A DNA stretch of 57,303 bases, taken from an uncultured Clostridia bacterium. GTDB taxonomy: Bacteria > Bacillota > Clostridia > TANB77 > CAG-508. Positions 22,786 to 34,300 of the stretch are shown in pieces. The translations under genes were made by a program, and so were the position numbers. The stretch covers positions 1 through 57,303 of the forward strand of contig CALXZC010000003.1 of the NCBI GenBank assembly GCA_944393135.1, read 5' to 3'. The notes under the pieces were generated by a model, which saw nothing but the letters and a program-made list of their open reading frames with translations, searched no databases and was not told where the DNA came from. The stretch's first letter is position 1. Every line of letters starts with the position of its first letter.

Positions 22786-22911
22786 AGCTATAATAAAAAG
22801 GTAGGAATTCCTGCCTTCTTATTTTTTATAAGATAAAAAGTAAAAATCTTATTGACATGAAAAATAAGTAATGATACAATACAAACAAATATTTGCAAAG
22901 GAAGAAAAAAT

Positions 22912-23280
22912 ATGAAATATCTATATAATAAATTAGTAAGAGATAAAATTCCAAATGAAATTAATTGTACAAAAGGAAGAAAAGCCGTATATAGAATTAT
23001 GGATAATGATGAATATTTAAAAGAATTAAATAGAAAATTATTAGAAGAAGCGCATGAATTTATTGAAGAAAATGATATAGAAGAATTAGCAGATGTAATG
23101 GAAGTTATAGAAACTATTACTAAGCTGAAAAATATAAAATGGGAAGAATTAAGAAAAATACAAAATGAGAAGAAAAATAAAAAGGGTAGTTTTAACGAAA
23201 AAATATATTTAGAATATGTAGAAGAAGAAAAAAGAAATTTAAAAGAGGAAAAAGAATTAAATAAAGAATTGAGAAAGTAA
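22912..23280 (+). CDS. MazG-like / phosphoribosyl-ATP pyrophosphohydrolase-like NTP pyrophosphohydrolase
   Basis: YNKLVRDKIP, KLLEEAHEF, EELADVMEVI, KKGSF. Confidence 0.8.
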   Translation: MKYLYNKLVRDKIPNEINCTKGRKAVYRIMDNDEYLKELNRKLLEEAHEFIEENDIEELADVMEVIETITKLKNIKWEELRKIQNEKKNKKGSFNEKIYLEYVEEEKRNLKEEKELNKELRK

Positions 23281-23351
23281 TAGGAAAAGTTAGAGAATTT
23301 TATATATTTTAGTTAAATGTATATGATGTAATTATAATTAGCTATTCAAAA

Positions 23352-23438
23352 AGTACACTAAACAAAAACAGAAAAAATAACAATTTTGTTTAGTACACTA
23401 AACAAAATATTGACAAGAACTTAAAACTATGTTATACT
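23352..23438 (+). promoter_or_regulatory. sigma-A promoter with upstream palindromic operator
   Basis: TTGACA 23410-23415, 17 bp, TATACT 23433-23438; palindrome ATTTTGTTTAGT-AC-ACTAAACAAAAT 23383-23408 and a repeated partial site at 23352. Confidence 0.65.
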
Positions 23439-23460
23439 AAAAAAGAAAAGAGGGATATTT

Positions 23461-24660
23461 ATGATTATTCGTGAAATATATTTATCTAAGATACGACCAT
23501 TTTATGAACAAGATTTAATTAAAGTTATAATGGGAATTAGAAGATGTGGAAAATCAGTTCTACTGTTGCAAATAATAGATGAATTAAAAGAAAAAGGAAT
23601 TGAAGAGAAACAGATTATATATATAAATTTTGAAAATGAAGATTATAATTTCATAAAAAATGATATAGATTTACACAACTATATCAAAGAAAAAATAATT
23701 AATAAAGAAAAGTACTATTTATTTTTTGATGAAATTCAAAATGTAAAAGCTTGGGAAAAAGCGATAAATTCTTTTAAATCATCTAAAAATGTATCTATTT
23801 TTATAACAGGATCTAATAGTGATTTATTATCTGGAGAATTGGCTACACATTTGGCAGGAAGATATGTAAGCTTTAAAATATATCCGCTTACTTTTAGTGA
23901 AGTATGTGAGCTAAAGAATATAAAAGAAAGAAAAGATATTGAAGAAGCTTTTAATGATTATATAACTTGGGGAGGTATGCCACAAAGATTTATGTTGACA
24001 GACGAAATGCAAACAAAAACATATTTGTCTGATATCTATGATTCTATAGTGGTAAAAGATATTGTAAAAAGGTTTGGAATAAAAGACTTAGATTTATTTA
24101 ATAGAATAGTTGAATATATTGTTACAACACCTTCACAAAATTTTTCTGCTGAAAGTTTATCAAATTATTTTGCAAATAAAGACGATAGAGAAGTGTCTAA
24201 GGTAACATTATACAATTATTTAGAATATATGACTAAAGCCATGTTAATTAGCAAAGTAGATAGATATGACATAAGAGGTAAAAGGATACTAAGTGGAAAA
24301 TATAAATATTATTTGACAGATTTAGGGCTAGGTCAAATAAAAAACGTAGGTAAGAGACCACAATTAGGTGCATATTTAGAAAATATTGTTTACAATGAAT
24401 TAATATCTCGTGGATATGATGTAAAAGTAGGAAATTTAGAAAAAGCAGAAATAGATTTTATAGCAACAAGATTTAAAGAAAAAATATATATTCAAGTTGC
24501 CTATATTTTAGCGGACGATACTGTTATAAATAGGGAGTTTGGAGCATATAAAAGTATTGAAGATAATTATCCTAAATATGTTTTAACAATGGACAAATAT
24601 GATTTTTCACAAGATGGAATTATTCATAAAAATATAATTGATTGGTTATTAGAAAAATAA
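23461..24660 (+). CDS. AAA_14 ATPase with DUF4143 domain
   Basis: GIRRCGKS, FFDEIQ, ITGSNS, LAGRY, WGGMP, KYYLTDLG, LENIVYNEL, EIDF. Confidence 0.88.
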   Translation: MIIREIYLSKIRPFYEQDLIKVIMGIRRCGKSVLLLQIIDELKEKGIEEKQIIYINFENEDYNFIKNDIDLHNYIKEKIINKEKYYLFFDEIQNVKAWEKAINSFKSSKNVSIFITGSNSDLLSGELATHLAGRYVSFKIYPLTFSEVCELKNIKERKDIEEAFNDYITWGGMPQRFMLTDEMQTKTYLSDIYDSIVVKDIVKRFGIKDLDLFNRIVEYIVTTPSQNFSAESLSNYFANKDDREVSKVTLYNYLEYMTKAMLISKVDRYDIRGKRILSGKYKYYLTDLGLGQIKNVGKRPQLGAYLENIVYNELISRGYDVKVGNLEKAEIDFIATRFKEKIYIQVAYILADDTVINREFGAYKSIEDNYPKYVLTMDKYDFSQDGIIHKNIIDWLLEK

Positions 24661-24747
24661 AAAAGAAAAGGCAGGAAATCAAATCCTGCCTTTATGTATA
24701 ATAAAAGCAAAACATAACTTCCTACCATAAAAATAGCTAAATTAAAA

Positions 24748-24945
24748 CTATTTCATATTTCTTTCAGCTTCTTCTATCATCTTTTTAACCATTTGTCCAC
24801 CTATTTTACCAGCGTCTCTAGCTGAAATGTCTCCATTATATCCGTCTTTTAAGTTAACACCAACTTCACTAGCTACTTCATATTTGAATTTATCTAAAGC
24901 AGTCATAGCTTCTGGTACTAATTTTTTGTTTGAAGAGTTTGCCAT
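24748..24945 (-). CDS. Alpha/beta-type small acid-soluble spore protein
   Basis: LVPEA..ALDKFKYEVASEVGV...GDISARDAGKIGGQMVKKMI; GGAGGTG RBS. Confidence 0.93.
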   Translation of the reverse strand: MANSSNKKLVPEAMTALDKFKYEVASEVGVNLKDGYNGDISARDAGKIGGQMVKKMIEEAERNMK

Positions 24946-25112
24946 TGTTTTTTCACCTCCTGTAATATTACAACTAGAAAAAACCATTGCTTTTTCTAAT
25001 ACTATCATTCTCAAAAAAATAGAAAAATAAACAGGAAATTTTTACAAAAAAATTATTGATTTTTTAAAACTTTATTTATATAATATTTTTTGACAAAAAA
25101 GGAGAAAAAAAT

Positions 25113-25997
25113 ATGTATAAATTAATAGCGATAGATTTAGATGGAACAATGCTAAATAGTTATGGAATAGTAAGTGAAGAAACAAAGAAAACAATAAAAA
25201 AAGTAGAAGAACAAGGTGTAGAAGTAGTAATAGCATCAGGGAGACCAATAGCATCAATAAAAGAAATAGCAAAAGAAATAGATAGCAAAAATTATTTTAT
25301 TGCTGGAAATGGTGCTATTATTTATGATATGAAAAAAGAAGAAATAATATACGAAAAAACAATGCCAAAAGAAAAAATTTTAGAAATAGTAAAAATCTGT
25401 GAGGAAAACAGTATCTCATATAATGTATATACAGAAACAGAAATTCTAGCAAAAGCGCTAAAATTTAATGTATTATATTATCATAAAGAAAATTTAAAAA
25501 AAGAAGAAAACAAAAAAACAAAAATAAATATAGTAAATGATATGTATGAATACATAAAAAACAAACAAGATGCAAGATTTTTAAAAATAACAATATGTGA
25601 TGAAAGTAAAACAGTATTTAATTCAATAATTAGAAAACTAAAAGAAGTAAAAAACATAGAAATATTAGAAGTATCACATATGGCAAGAAAAACTATAACA
25701 CAAGGAACAGAAGAATATTCTATTTCTTATTATTATACAGAAATATCAAGAGAAAATGTAGATAAATGGAATGCCATTGAATTTTTAATAGAAAAATTAG
25801 GAATAAAAAAAGAAGAAGTGATGGCAATAGGAGATAATAGTAATGACAAAGAAATGATAAAAAATGCAGGTCTAGGAGTGGCAATGAAGCAAAGTACACC
25901 AGCAATTCTAGAACTGGCAAATGAAGTTACAGACGGGAATAACGAAGATGGTGTAGCTAAAATATTACAAAAATATTACAAAAATATTAACTTTTAA
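25113..25997 (+). CDS. Cof-type HAD-IIB hydrolase
   Basis: IAIDLDGTML, IASGR, AIGDNSNDKEM, NNEDGVA. Confidence 0.92.
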   Translation: MYKLIAIDLDGTMLNSYGIVSEETKKTIKKVEEQGVEVVIASGRPIASIKEIAKEIDSKNYFIAGNGAIIYDMKKEEIIYEKTMPKEKILEIVKICEENSISYNVYTETEILAKALKFNVLYYHKENLKKEENKKTKINIVNDMYEYIKNKQDARFLKITICDESKTVFNSIIRKLKEVKNIEILEVSHMARKTITQGTEEYSISYYYTEISRENVDKWNAIEFLIEKLGIKKEEVMAIGDNSNDKEMIKNAGLGVAMKQSTPAILELANEVTDGNNEDGVAKILQKYYKNINF

Positions 25998-26106
25998 TAA
26001 CAGTTATATAATTCCATTGATTTTGCGGTATATTTGAGTTAAAATAAAATAGATGGTTATTTTGTAAAAAATACAATAAAAATATATTTTAAGGGAGGAA
26101 TTTGTC

Positions 26107-27261
26107 ATGGCAACAAATCCAATGCAAAGAAAAGCAAGAAATTCATTTTTGTTAGGAATGTTAATAATGCTGCTGATATCAAGCATTGTTATAGTATTTT
26201 TAGTTATGCAATTAATGAATAAAAATAAAGAAGAAAAAGAAGCAGAAATAAGTATGGTAAATGTCTGCGTATTAAATCAAGATGTGACATCAGGTCAAAT
26301 AATTACATCTGAAATGATAGAAACAAAAGCAGTTAGAAGCGATTTAATTCCAGCAAATGCAACTTCTGTTGCAACTCTATATGATAACTTCTTCTATACT
26401 GATGAAGAAGGTAATGAAATAGTTACAGAAGTTAATAATGGAGAAGAAACACTAAAAATAATAATTAATAATGAAAAGATTGCTATAAATCAAGATAACA
26501 ACGGAAACTATTACTATGAACTAAATGGACAAAGAGTAAATGTTAAACTAACATCAGTTCCAGCAGTTGCAAGAGTTAATTTATCAGCAAACACAGTAAT
26601 TACTTCTGATTTAGTTTCTAGAGGAGAAAATACAGCAGACAGAAATGTAAGAAGGCAAGAATATAATATGGTTGTATTACCAATAGACTTAGCAACAGGA
26701 GATTATGTAGATATAAGATTAATGTTGCCAAATGGACAAGATTATATTGTTGTAGCTAAAAAAGAAGTAGAAATTCCAGATGTAGGTGGAACTAGTTCAC
26801 AAGACACAATATGGGTTAACTTATCAGAAGATGAAATATTACATATGAGTTGTGCAATAGTAGATGCATTTAGAATGAATGGAGCAAAACTTTATGCAAC
26901 TAAGTATACAAACCCAGGAACACAAAATGCAACACCAAACTATATTGTTAATGATAATACTGCACAATTAATAAACGCAAATCCAAACATATTAGAAGAT
27001 GCAATGCAAGAATTAAGAAATAGATACAATAGCAGTTCAAATTTAAGAGAATATATAAACTCAGCATTAGATGCACAATCAGATCAAGCAGATACAAACT
27101 TACAAACAAATATGGAAGACAGTATAACAAGAACACAAGAAGAAAGAACAGATTACTTAGATTCTTTAGCAACGCCAGCAACAACAACTACAACAGGAAC
27201 ATCAGGAACAACAACTACAACAGGAACATCAGGAACAACAACAACTAATACAACAGAATAA
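26107..27261 (+). CDS. SAF-domain / CpaB(RcpC)-like pilus assembly protein
   Basis: N-terminal TM, SAF-like VLNQDVTSGQIIT, LATGDYVDIRL..PNGQDYIVV; first gene of a Tad-like operon. Confidence 0.7.
   Translation: MATNPMQRKARNSFLLGMLIMLLISSIVIVFLVMQLMNKNKEEKEAEISMVNVCVLNQDVTSGQIITSEMIETKAVRSDLIPANATSVATLYDNFFYTDEEGNEIVTEVNNGEETLKIIINNEKIAINQDNNGNYYYELNGQRVNVKLTSVPAVARVNLSANTVITSDLVSRGENTADRNVRRQEYNMVVLPIDLATGDYVDIRLMLPNGQDYIVVAKKEVEIPDVGGTSSQDTIWVNLSEDEILHMSCAIVDAFRMNGAKLYATKYTNPGTQNATPNYIVNDNTAQLINANPNILEDAMQELRNRYNSSSNLREYINSALDAQSDQADTNLQTNMEDSITRTQEERTDYLDSLATPATTTTTGTSGTTTTTGTSGTTTTNTTE
27181..27242 (+). repeat. 27-bp coding tandem repeat (TTTTTGTSG x2 plus partial)
   Basis: ACAACAACTACAACAGGAACATCAGGA at 27181-27207 and 27208-27234. 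Confidence 0.85.
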
Positions 27262-27285
27262 AAATAAAAAGGAGAGTAAAACTTT

Positions 27286-27981
27286 ATGAAAAGGATAGGA
27301 TTTATAGGAGGATATGATAAAACAGACTTAATTTTATATTTAGCAAAAATATGTACAGTATTAGGAAATAGAGTACTGGTAATTGATGCAACAGTATGTC
27401 AGAAAGCAAGATATATCGTACCTGTTATAAGTCCTGCCTTAATGTATGTAACAGAGTATGAAGAAATAGATATAGCTGTAGGGTTTCATAACGAAGAAGA
27501 TGTAAAAAGATATCTAGGAGTAGAAGATTTAAGCTCTGAATATGACATAATACTTGTAGATACAGATAATAGTGAAGGTTTCCAAGGATTTTACTTAGAA
27601 GGAGCACAAAAAAATTATTTTGTAACATCATTTGACGTATATTCTTTAAGAAGAGGTTTAGAAGCCTTAACAGACTTAAGTTCAGCAATTAGCCTAACAA
27701 AAGTATTATTTTCTAAAGAAATGTTAAAAGAAGAGGATGATTATTTAAACTATCTATCTTTAGGATATAAAATCATCTGGGATGATTACAGAATATATTT
27801 TCCAGTAGAAAATGGAGATCAAAGTGTTATATATGAAAACCAGAGAGTATCAAAAATAAGATTTAGAAAATTAAGTGTACAATATAAAGATGGATTGGAA
27901 TATATGGCAGAAGAAATATTAGGAGATACTGGAGGAAGCAAAGTAAGAAAGGCTATAAAAACTATAGAAAAAGGAGCGTAA
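27286..27981 (+). CDS. Degenerate ParA/MinD-like (TadZ/CpaE-like) protein
   Basis: IGFIGGYDKTD degenerate P-loop, VLVIDAT, YDIILVD. Confidence 0.55.
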   Translation: MKRIGFIGGYDKTDLILYLAKICTVLGNRVLVIDATVCQKARYIVPVISPALMYVTEYEEIDIAVGFHNEEDVKRYLGVEDLSSEYDIILVDTDNSEGFQGFYLEGAQKNYFVTSFDVYSLRRGLEALTDLSSAISLTKVLFSKEMLKEEDDYLNYLSLGYKIIWDDYRIYFPVENGDQSVIYENQRVSKIRFRKLSVQYKDGLEYMAEEILGDTGGSKVRKAIKTIEKGA

Positions 27982-27983
27982 AA

Positions 27984-28820
27984 ATGTCAATAGTAACATT
28001 TTGGAACAATAAAAAAGAACAAACAGGAAAAACATTGTCAATAGCAGCGATTAGTACACATATGGCAATAGAACACAATAATAAAATTCTAGTTATTTCT
28101 ACAGGACATAGAGATAGTACACTAGACCGTTGCTTTTGGGAAGAAAGAAAATTAAAGAAAAATCTAGGGCTATTTGGACCAAATACAAATACAGCAATGG
28201 AAGATGGAGTAGTCGGTTTAGAAACTTTAATGAAAAGTAATAGAGTATCACCAGAGCAAATAACAAACTATACAAAAATTATATTTAAGGATAGATTAGA
28301 AATATTACCAAGTTTTAAAGGAGAAAAGCTAGAATATGATGAACTAAAAACAAATTATCCTGATATAATAACTTTAGCAAATAGATATTATGATTTAGTT
28401 TTAGTAGATTTAGATGATGAAATTGGTGATGACTTATCAGAACCAATATTACAAAGTTCAAACTTAATTATAGCCAGTTTAAACCAAAGATTAACAAGCA
28501 TAAATAACTTCATGAAAATTAGAGAAGAAAACGAACTATTAAAATCAATAAAAACATTATTGTTAATAGGAAGATATGATAAATTCTCAAAATATACAAT
28601 AAAAAACATAACAAGATATATGGGAGAAAAAAATAAAGTTTCAACAATACCATATAATACACTATTTTTTGAAGCATGTGAAGAAGCAAAACTACCAGAC
28701 TTATTATTAAGACTTAGAAAAGTCGGAGAAGATGATAGAAATAGTTTCTTTTTATCAGAAGTAAAAAGAGCATCTGAAAATATTTTGTATAGATTACAAG
28801 ATTTAGCTATGAAGATGTAA
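27984..28820 (+). CDS. ParA/MinD-like (TadZ/CpaE-like) ATPase
   Basis: IVTFWN...QTGKT, YDLVLVDL. Confidence 0.6.
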   Translation: MSIVTFWNNKKEQTGKTLSIAAISTHMAIEHNNKILVISTGHRDSTLDRCFWEERKLKKNLGLFGPNTNTAMEDGVVGLETLMKSNRVSPEQITNYTKIIFKDRLEILPSFKGEKLEYDELKTNYPDIITLANRYYDLVLVDLDDEIGDDLSEPILQSSNLIIASLNQRLTSINNFMKIREENELLKSIKTLLLIGRYDKFSKYTIKNITRYMGEKNKVSTIPYNTLFFEACEEAKLPDLLLRLRKVGEDDRNSFFLSEVKRASENILYRLQDLAMKM

Positions 28821-28836
28821 GGAGGGTGGGCAAACC

Positions 28837-30811
28837 ATGACAATTACAAATATTATTCTAATAATAGTTGTAATGCTTATTGCAGGATATGCAGTTTACT
28901 ATGTAATAAAAAAGAAAAAGACCGCAGAAGTAGAAGCAACTTTAAATGTAGACGATAAGACTTACACAATAGAAATGATGACAGAGTTTGTAAAGAAAAG
29001 ATTAGATGAAATCACAAAAATAAATTTATATGATATAGGACTTTCAGAAGAAGAATTAAAAAGAAGAAAAAATAAAAAATATGAATTAAAGAAAGCCCTA
29101 AAAGGTTGTACATATGGAGACGTAAATGATAAAAGATATGTAAAAGAACTAATCTATGATTTACTAGAAAAAGAATATGGAGTGACAGAAACAAATATAT
29201 CAAAAGCGATACCTTTTGATATTCCATCTTTACTTACACCACAAGATAAGTTTGATATTTTAATCTATGCATATAAAAAAGAATTCGGATATGAAGCATT
29301 AACAGAATTAATAAAAAAATACAACTTAGCAGAATTAAAATATATAGAAGGAGAAACAAAACCTTCATATGTAATAACATCAGATGAAATAGAAGATATA
29401 TTTGAAAAAGAAAATTTAGTATTATCATTTGCAGATAAATTACAAGTTGTTGTACAAAGAATTTATCAGCATTATAAAGGATATAGTAGTATTGATGAAG
29501 TAAGAGATATGAATATAGATGGTATTTCTGGTGGTGTATCAGGACTTCCAGAAAGTTTCTTAAGCCAAGTAGCACAAACAGATGGTGGAGATTACTTAAA
29601 TCAAGTTGCAGAACATAAAGTGCCAAGAGCTTGTGATAGTATTTGGATATTCTTCCAAGGTAAATCAATACGTTTAGCATTTTTATCATTTGGAACAGAA
29701 GCAGAATTAAAAAGAGTTTGTCAAAATATTTATAAATACAACAATCCAGGACAATTATCAGACACAAATGGTTATAAAATTAATGAAATGAAGGATGGTT
29801 CTCGTGTAGTTGTTGTAAGACCAAGCTTTTCAGAAACATGGGCATTTTTCGTAAGAAAGTTTGACGTAAAACGTTCAACACTAGAGCAATGGTTCAAAGG
29901 AGAGCCAGGAAGTGGAGACTCCATAGAACTATTAAAATATTTAGTAAAAGGAGCAAGAATTATATCAATTACTGGTGAGCAGGGTTGTGGTAAAACAACA
30001 ATGCTTATGGGAATGATAGAAAATATCTATGAAACAATGAACATCCGTGTTCAGGAAACAGCATTCGAGCTTCACTTAAGAAAAATTTATCCAACAAGAA
30101 ATATTCTTACATTTCGTGAAACAGATACAATATCAGGACAGGAAGGATTGGATGTTCAAAAGAAAACAGATGGTTCTGTAAACATAATCCGGAGAGGTTG
30201 CAACAGACCCCGTAGCAGCATGGATGATACAAGCAGCACAGGTAGCATCAAAATTCACATTATTTACACACCATGCAAAAACATTTCCAAACTTAGTAAC
30301 AGCACTTAGAAACTCAATGCTAAGAATAGGGCAATTCAATAACGAGAAAACAGCAGAAGAGCAGGTTGTACAAGTATTAAACTTTGATATACACTTAACA
30401 AAGGACTTCAGAGGAAAGAGATATGTAGAAAGAATAACAGAATGTATACCAGTAGAAGAAAAAAATGAATATACATTTGACCATAGAAATGAAAAAACAT
30501 TAGAAGGGAAATTTGATAAATTCTTTGATAATGCAACACATTATTTTGAAAATGTTACAGATAGAAAATTATACACATATAGGAATATTTTAGAATATGT
30601 AGATGGCGAATATAAAATAACAAATCCAATAACAGAAAACAACCTAAAAGAAATGAGACTTAATATGGATGCATCAGATATTGAATCATTTGATAAATTC
30701 GTTGAAAAACATTGGGGAAAGCATACATATAATGATGGATTAGTTCAAGTATCAGCTGGAGCAGTAGACGATACTAAAAAAAGAGGAAGAAGAAAGAAAA
30801 CAGAAGTATAA
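28837..30811 (+). CDS. TadA/CpaF-like secretion ATPase, one +1 frameshift at CGG 30190 (about 657 aa joined)
   Basis: Walker A GEQGCGKTT; ATC CGG A: skipping C 30190 restores Walker B VNIIGEV and the His box FTHHAKT of ORF 30224-30811. Confidence 0.85.
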
Positions 30812-30857
30812 ACATTTAAGTACTAAACTACGAAAAAGAGGAGGTGCTAAGTAAAAA

Positions 30858-32937
30858 GTGGACAACCAGACAATTTTTTATATAATGGGTGGAGCAGCAG
30901 GAGCGTTTGTTCTAATTGTAATTATATATTATATATTATCTAAGAAAATGCAGACATCTGAATATAAAAGAATACAAAAATTACAACAAGGAACAAAGGA
31001 AAAATCATTCTCAACAGAAATATTATTCCAAAAATTGTACCTTACATATATAAAAATACCTTTTATCAAAAGATATGCATTAAAGATAAGAAGAAGATTA
31101 GAGATTATAAATATAGACGATGAATACAACACCAGAAAAGGAACTGCTAAAATCTTAACTAAAGCATTGGCTGTAATAGCACCTGTACTTCTTATAACAA
31201 TAATTATTACTGCTAGTAACTATTTGCTTATGTTTATATTATTAATATTTGAAGTATTTATGATAGATACATTAATAGATGGTTCAGTAGATAAGATAGA
31301 CAATAAAATACTAAGAGAACAAATAGACTTTTTTGCAGAAATAAGACATGCATATCATGAATATAACATGGTTGAAGAAGCAATTTACCAAGTATCTCAA
31401 GATGATGAAAAAAATGTTTCAAGGCAAGGAGAAAAAATATATGAAATATTAATTTCAAATGACCCTGAAATAGAACTTGAAAAATACTATGATATAGCAC
31501 CAAATAGTTTCTTAAAAGAATTTGCGGGTATATCATATTTAACAAAAGAGTTTGGTGATAGAAAAATAGATGGTGCATCTTTATACTTACAAAACGTAAA
31601 TAATATTACACAGGAAATGCAACTAGAAATATTAAAAAGAGATAAATTAAACTATGTATTCCAGAGTTTATCAGTAATATCAATAGCACCAGTATTATTG
31701 CTAGAGCCATTAAAAAGTTGGGCTATTTCAAACTTTAGTTTTACAGCTAGTTGGTATCAAGGAAAGCCAGGAATGATAGTACAAATATTAATATTAATAC
31801 TTACTTTTATATCATATATATTGGTTAGAAAATTAAAAGATAATGGTTCAACATCAATAAACACAAAAAACACAGAAAATCCATGGCAAGAAAAATTATA
31901 CAAGAAAAAACCAATAAAGAAAATAGTAGATTTATTTATACCTAAAGAAAGAACAAAAGAATATAGAAAAGTAAAACAATTATTAAAAGATTCAGCTTCA
32001 TCATTAAAGATGAGGTGGCTATATATAAATAGAATTTCACTGGCAATAGTTACTTTTGTAGCATCAATATTTATTTTTGCACAATTACATGTTGTGGCTA
32101 TAAACTATATTTATACAGAGCCAACAACAGATTATGACATAATACGGTGGACTATCGGAAAAAGATGAAGAAAAAGCAATGGAAGTAACCGAGCAAGATA
32201 ATATAATTTTAGATCAATTTAAAGGAAACACTAAGGCTACTCAAGAACAAATAAGAAAAGCAGTAGAAAAATTAGATTATTATGAAGAAGCTAATGATGA
32301 AGAAATAGATACAGCAGCAGAAAGAATTTATGGAAAATTACAGGTAGTAAATAGTGAATACTTACAATGGTTTGAATTATTGTTAGCATGTGTATTTGCA
32401 GTAATTGGATATATGGCACCAATATGGCTTTTATATTTCCAAGTTAAGATGAGACAGTTAGAGATGGAAGATGAAGTAATGCAATATCAGACAATTATCA
32501 TGATGCTTATGAGAATTGAAAGAGTTAATGTTGAAATGATACTAGAATGGCTAGAAAGATATTCAGACATATTTAAACCACAAATAACGAAATGTCTTAA
32601 CAACTATGAAGCAGGTGCATGGGAAGCATTAGAGGCAATGAAAGAAGATGTTTCTTATTTACCATTAATTAGAATTGTAGAAAGTTTACAGGCAGCAGTA
32701 GAAAAAATACCTATTAAAGATGCGTTTGATGAATTAGATTCAGAAAGAGATTATTATCAAGAAAAGAGAAAAGAATCAAACGAAAGACTTATAAAAAGAC
32801 AAGGAATGATAGGAAAATTTATAGGGTTTGCACCTATGGTAACATTGTTTGTTGGATACTTAATTGTTCCATTAGTATTTATAGGATTAACAAGTATGAC
32901 ATCTTCATTTGAAACAATGACCTCAGGTGGTATGTAA
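30858..32937 (+). CDS. TadB/TadC-like membrane platform protein, one +1 frameshift at CGG 32145 (about 692 aa joined)
   Basis: several TM segments, follows the ATPase; ATA CGG T: skipping C gives GGLSEKDEEKA in frame with ORF 32179-32937, which has no evident RBS. Confidence 0.7.
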
Positions 32938-32958
32938 AAAAATTAAGGAGGAAAATAA

Positions 32959-33759
32959 GTGGAAAACGCATCAAAAGCACTTATTATGGCAGGAAGTGTA
33001 CTAATTGCATTAGTAATAATTGGAGCTTTAGTTTTAACATTTGGTAATTTAACAAGCTATCAAAAAACAGATACAGAAAGTACACGTTCTTCTCAAATTG
33101 TAGAATATAATAGTCAATTCGAGACTTATAATAGAGATGATGTTAGAGGTAGCGATTTATATTCTTTATTAAATAAAGTTATAGATTACAATAGAAGGCA
33201 GACAACAGTGGGAACAGGAGCTACTGATACAGGGCAAGATATAAGATATATGCCAATGGAAATAACAGTTGACTTTGATGGAAAAAAGGGAGAACTTGCA
33301 GAAGATGAAAAGAAAAATTTATTAATAAAAGATAATAAATATACAATAAATGAAATTACAAATACTTTTGAAAATGATATAAAGAATACAATCGATACTT
33401 TAGAAAGAGTATATGGACAAGATTCTTTAACAAACTTAACAACAAATTTGACAAAGATTTTTCCAGAAAAAGAAATACTAAAAAAATATGAACAAGATAA
33501 GGAAACATATAGAAATCAGATAACTGTATTAGTAAAAACATTTAATGAAGCTTCTAGGAAAATAAAGATAGAAAATCCTACTGATTTAGACAAAGTAGCA
33601 AGTCAAGAAACAAAAAAGACAATTAGAGAAGATGTTTATACATATTATGAATATGTACAATTCAAAAGAGCACATTTTGATTGTACTAATATAGAATATG
33701 ATAATAATACAGGAAGAATAACTAAGATGGATTTTAAATTCAATGGAAACATTAATTAA
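32959..33759 (+). CDS. Pilin-like protein, MENASKAL family
   Basis: AAGGAGG RBS, GTG start, ENASKALIMAG plus hydrophobic helix, YNSQFETY motif. Confidence 0.6.
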   Translation: MENASKALIMAGSVLIALVIIGALVLTFGNLTSYQKTDTESTRSSQIVEYNSQFETYNRDDVRGSDLYSLLNKVIDYNRRQTTVGTGATDTGQDIRYMPMEITVDFDGKKGELAEDEKKNLLIKDNKYTINEITNTFENDIKNTIDTLERVYGQDSLTNLTTNLTKIFPEKEILKKYEQDKETYRNQITVLVKTFNEASRKIKIENPTDLDKVASQETKKTIREDVYTYYEYVQFKRAHFDCTNIEYDNNTGRITKMDFKFNGNIN

Positions 33760-33771
33760 TAGGAGTAAGTT

Positions 33772-34284
33772 ATGGAAAATGCATCAAAAGCGTTGCTGAT
33801 GGCAGGTGGAGTTTTAATTGGAATTATGATATTATCATTAGCAGTATACTTAATCATGAACTTTGGGTCAGCATCTGCCGAGGCGCATAGAATAAATGAA
33901 CAAAATCAATTAAATGAATTTAATGTACAATTTACAGCATATGAAGGAAGAAATGATGTTACAATACATGATATAGTTACAGTTGCAAATTTAGCAAGAA
34001 GCAATAATGACAAATATGGATTTACAGCAGCAGATAGGAACATAGATGGCAATTACTATATAGAAGTAAATGCAACTGGAATGGTAGCAGGAAGTAAGAA
34101 TAATTTAGAAAGTTTTAGTTCTGACCAATTAGAAGAATTAATAACAGAAGATTTAAATAGTTTAGTAATTTATGAAGATGAAGATGGCTCAGATAAACCA
34201 GGGCTTAAAACTTATACTTGCACAGTAACTATAAATCCTACAACACAAAGAGTAAGTGCAGTAAATTTTAAAAATAATAATTAA
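33772..34284 (+). CDS. Pilin-like protein, MENASKAL family
   Basis: MENASKALLMAGGVLIG helix, FNVQFTAYEG motif. Confidence 0.6.
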   Translation: MENASKALLMAGGVLIGIMILSLAVYLIMNFGSASAEAHRINEQNQLNEFNVQFTAYEGRNDVTIHDIVTVANLARSNNDKYGFTAADRNIDGNYYIEVNATGMVAGSKNNLESFSSDQLEELITEDLNSLVIYEDEDGSDKPGLKTYTCTVTINPTTQRVSAVNFKNNN

Positions 34285-34300
34285 AAAATAGAGGACAAGT

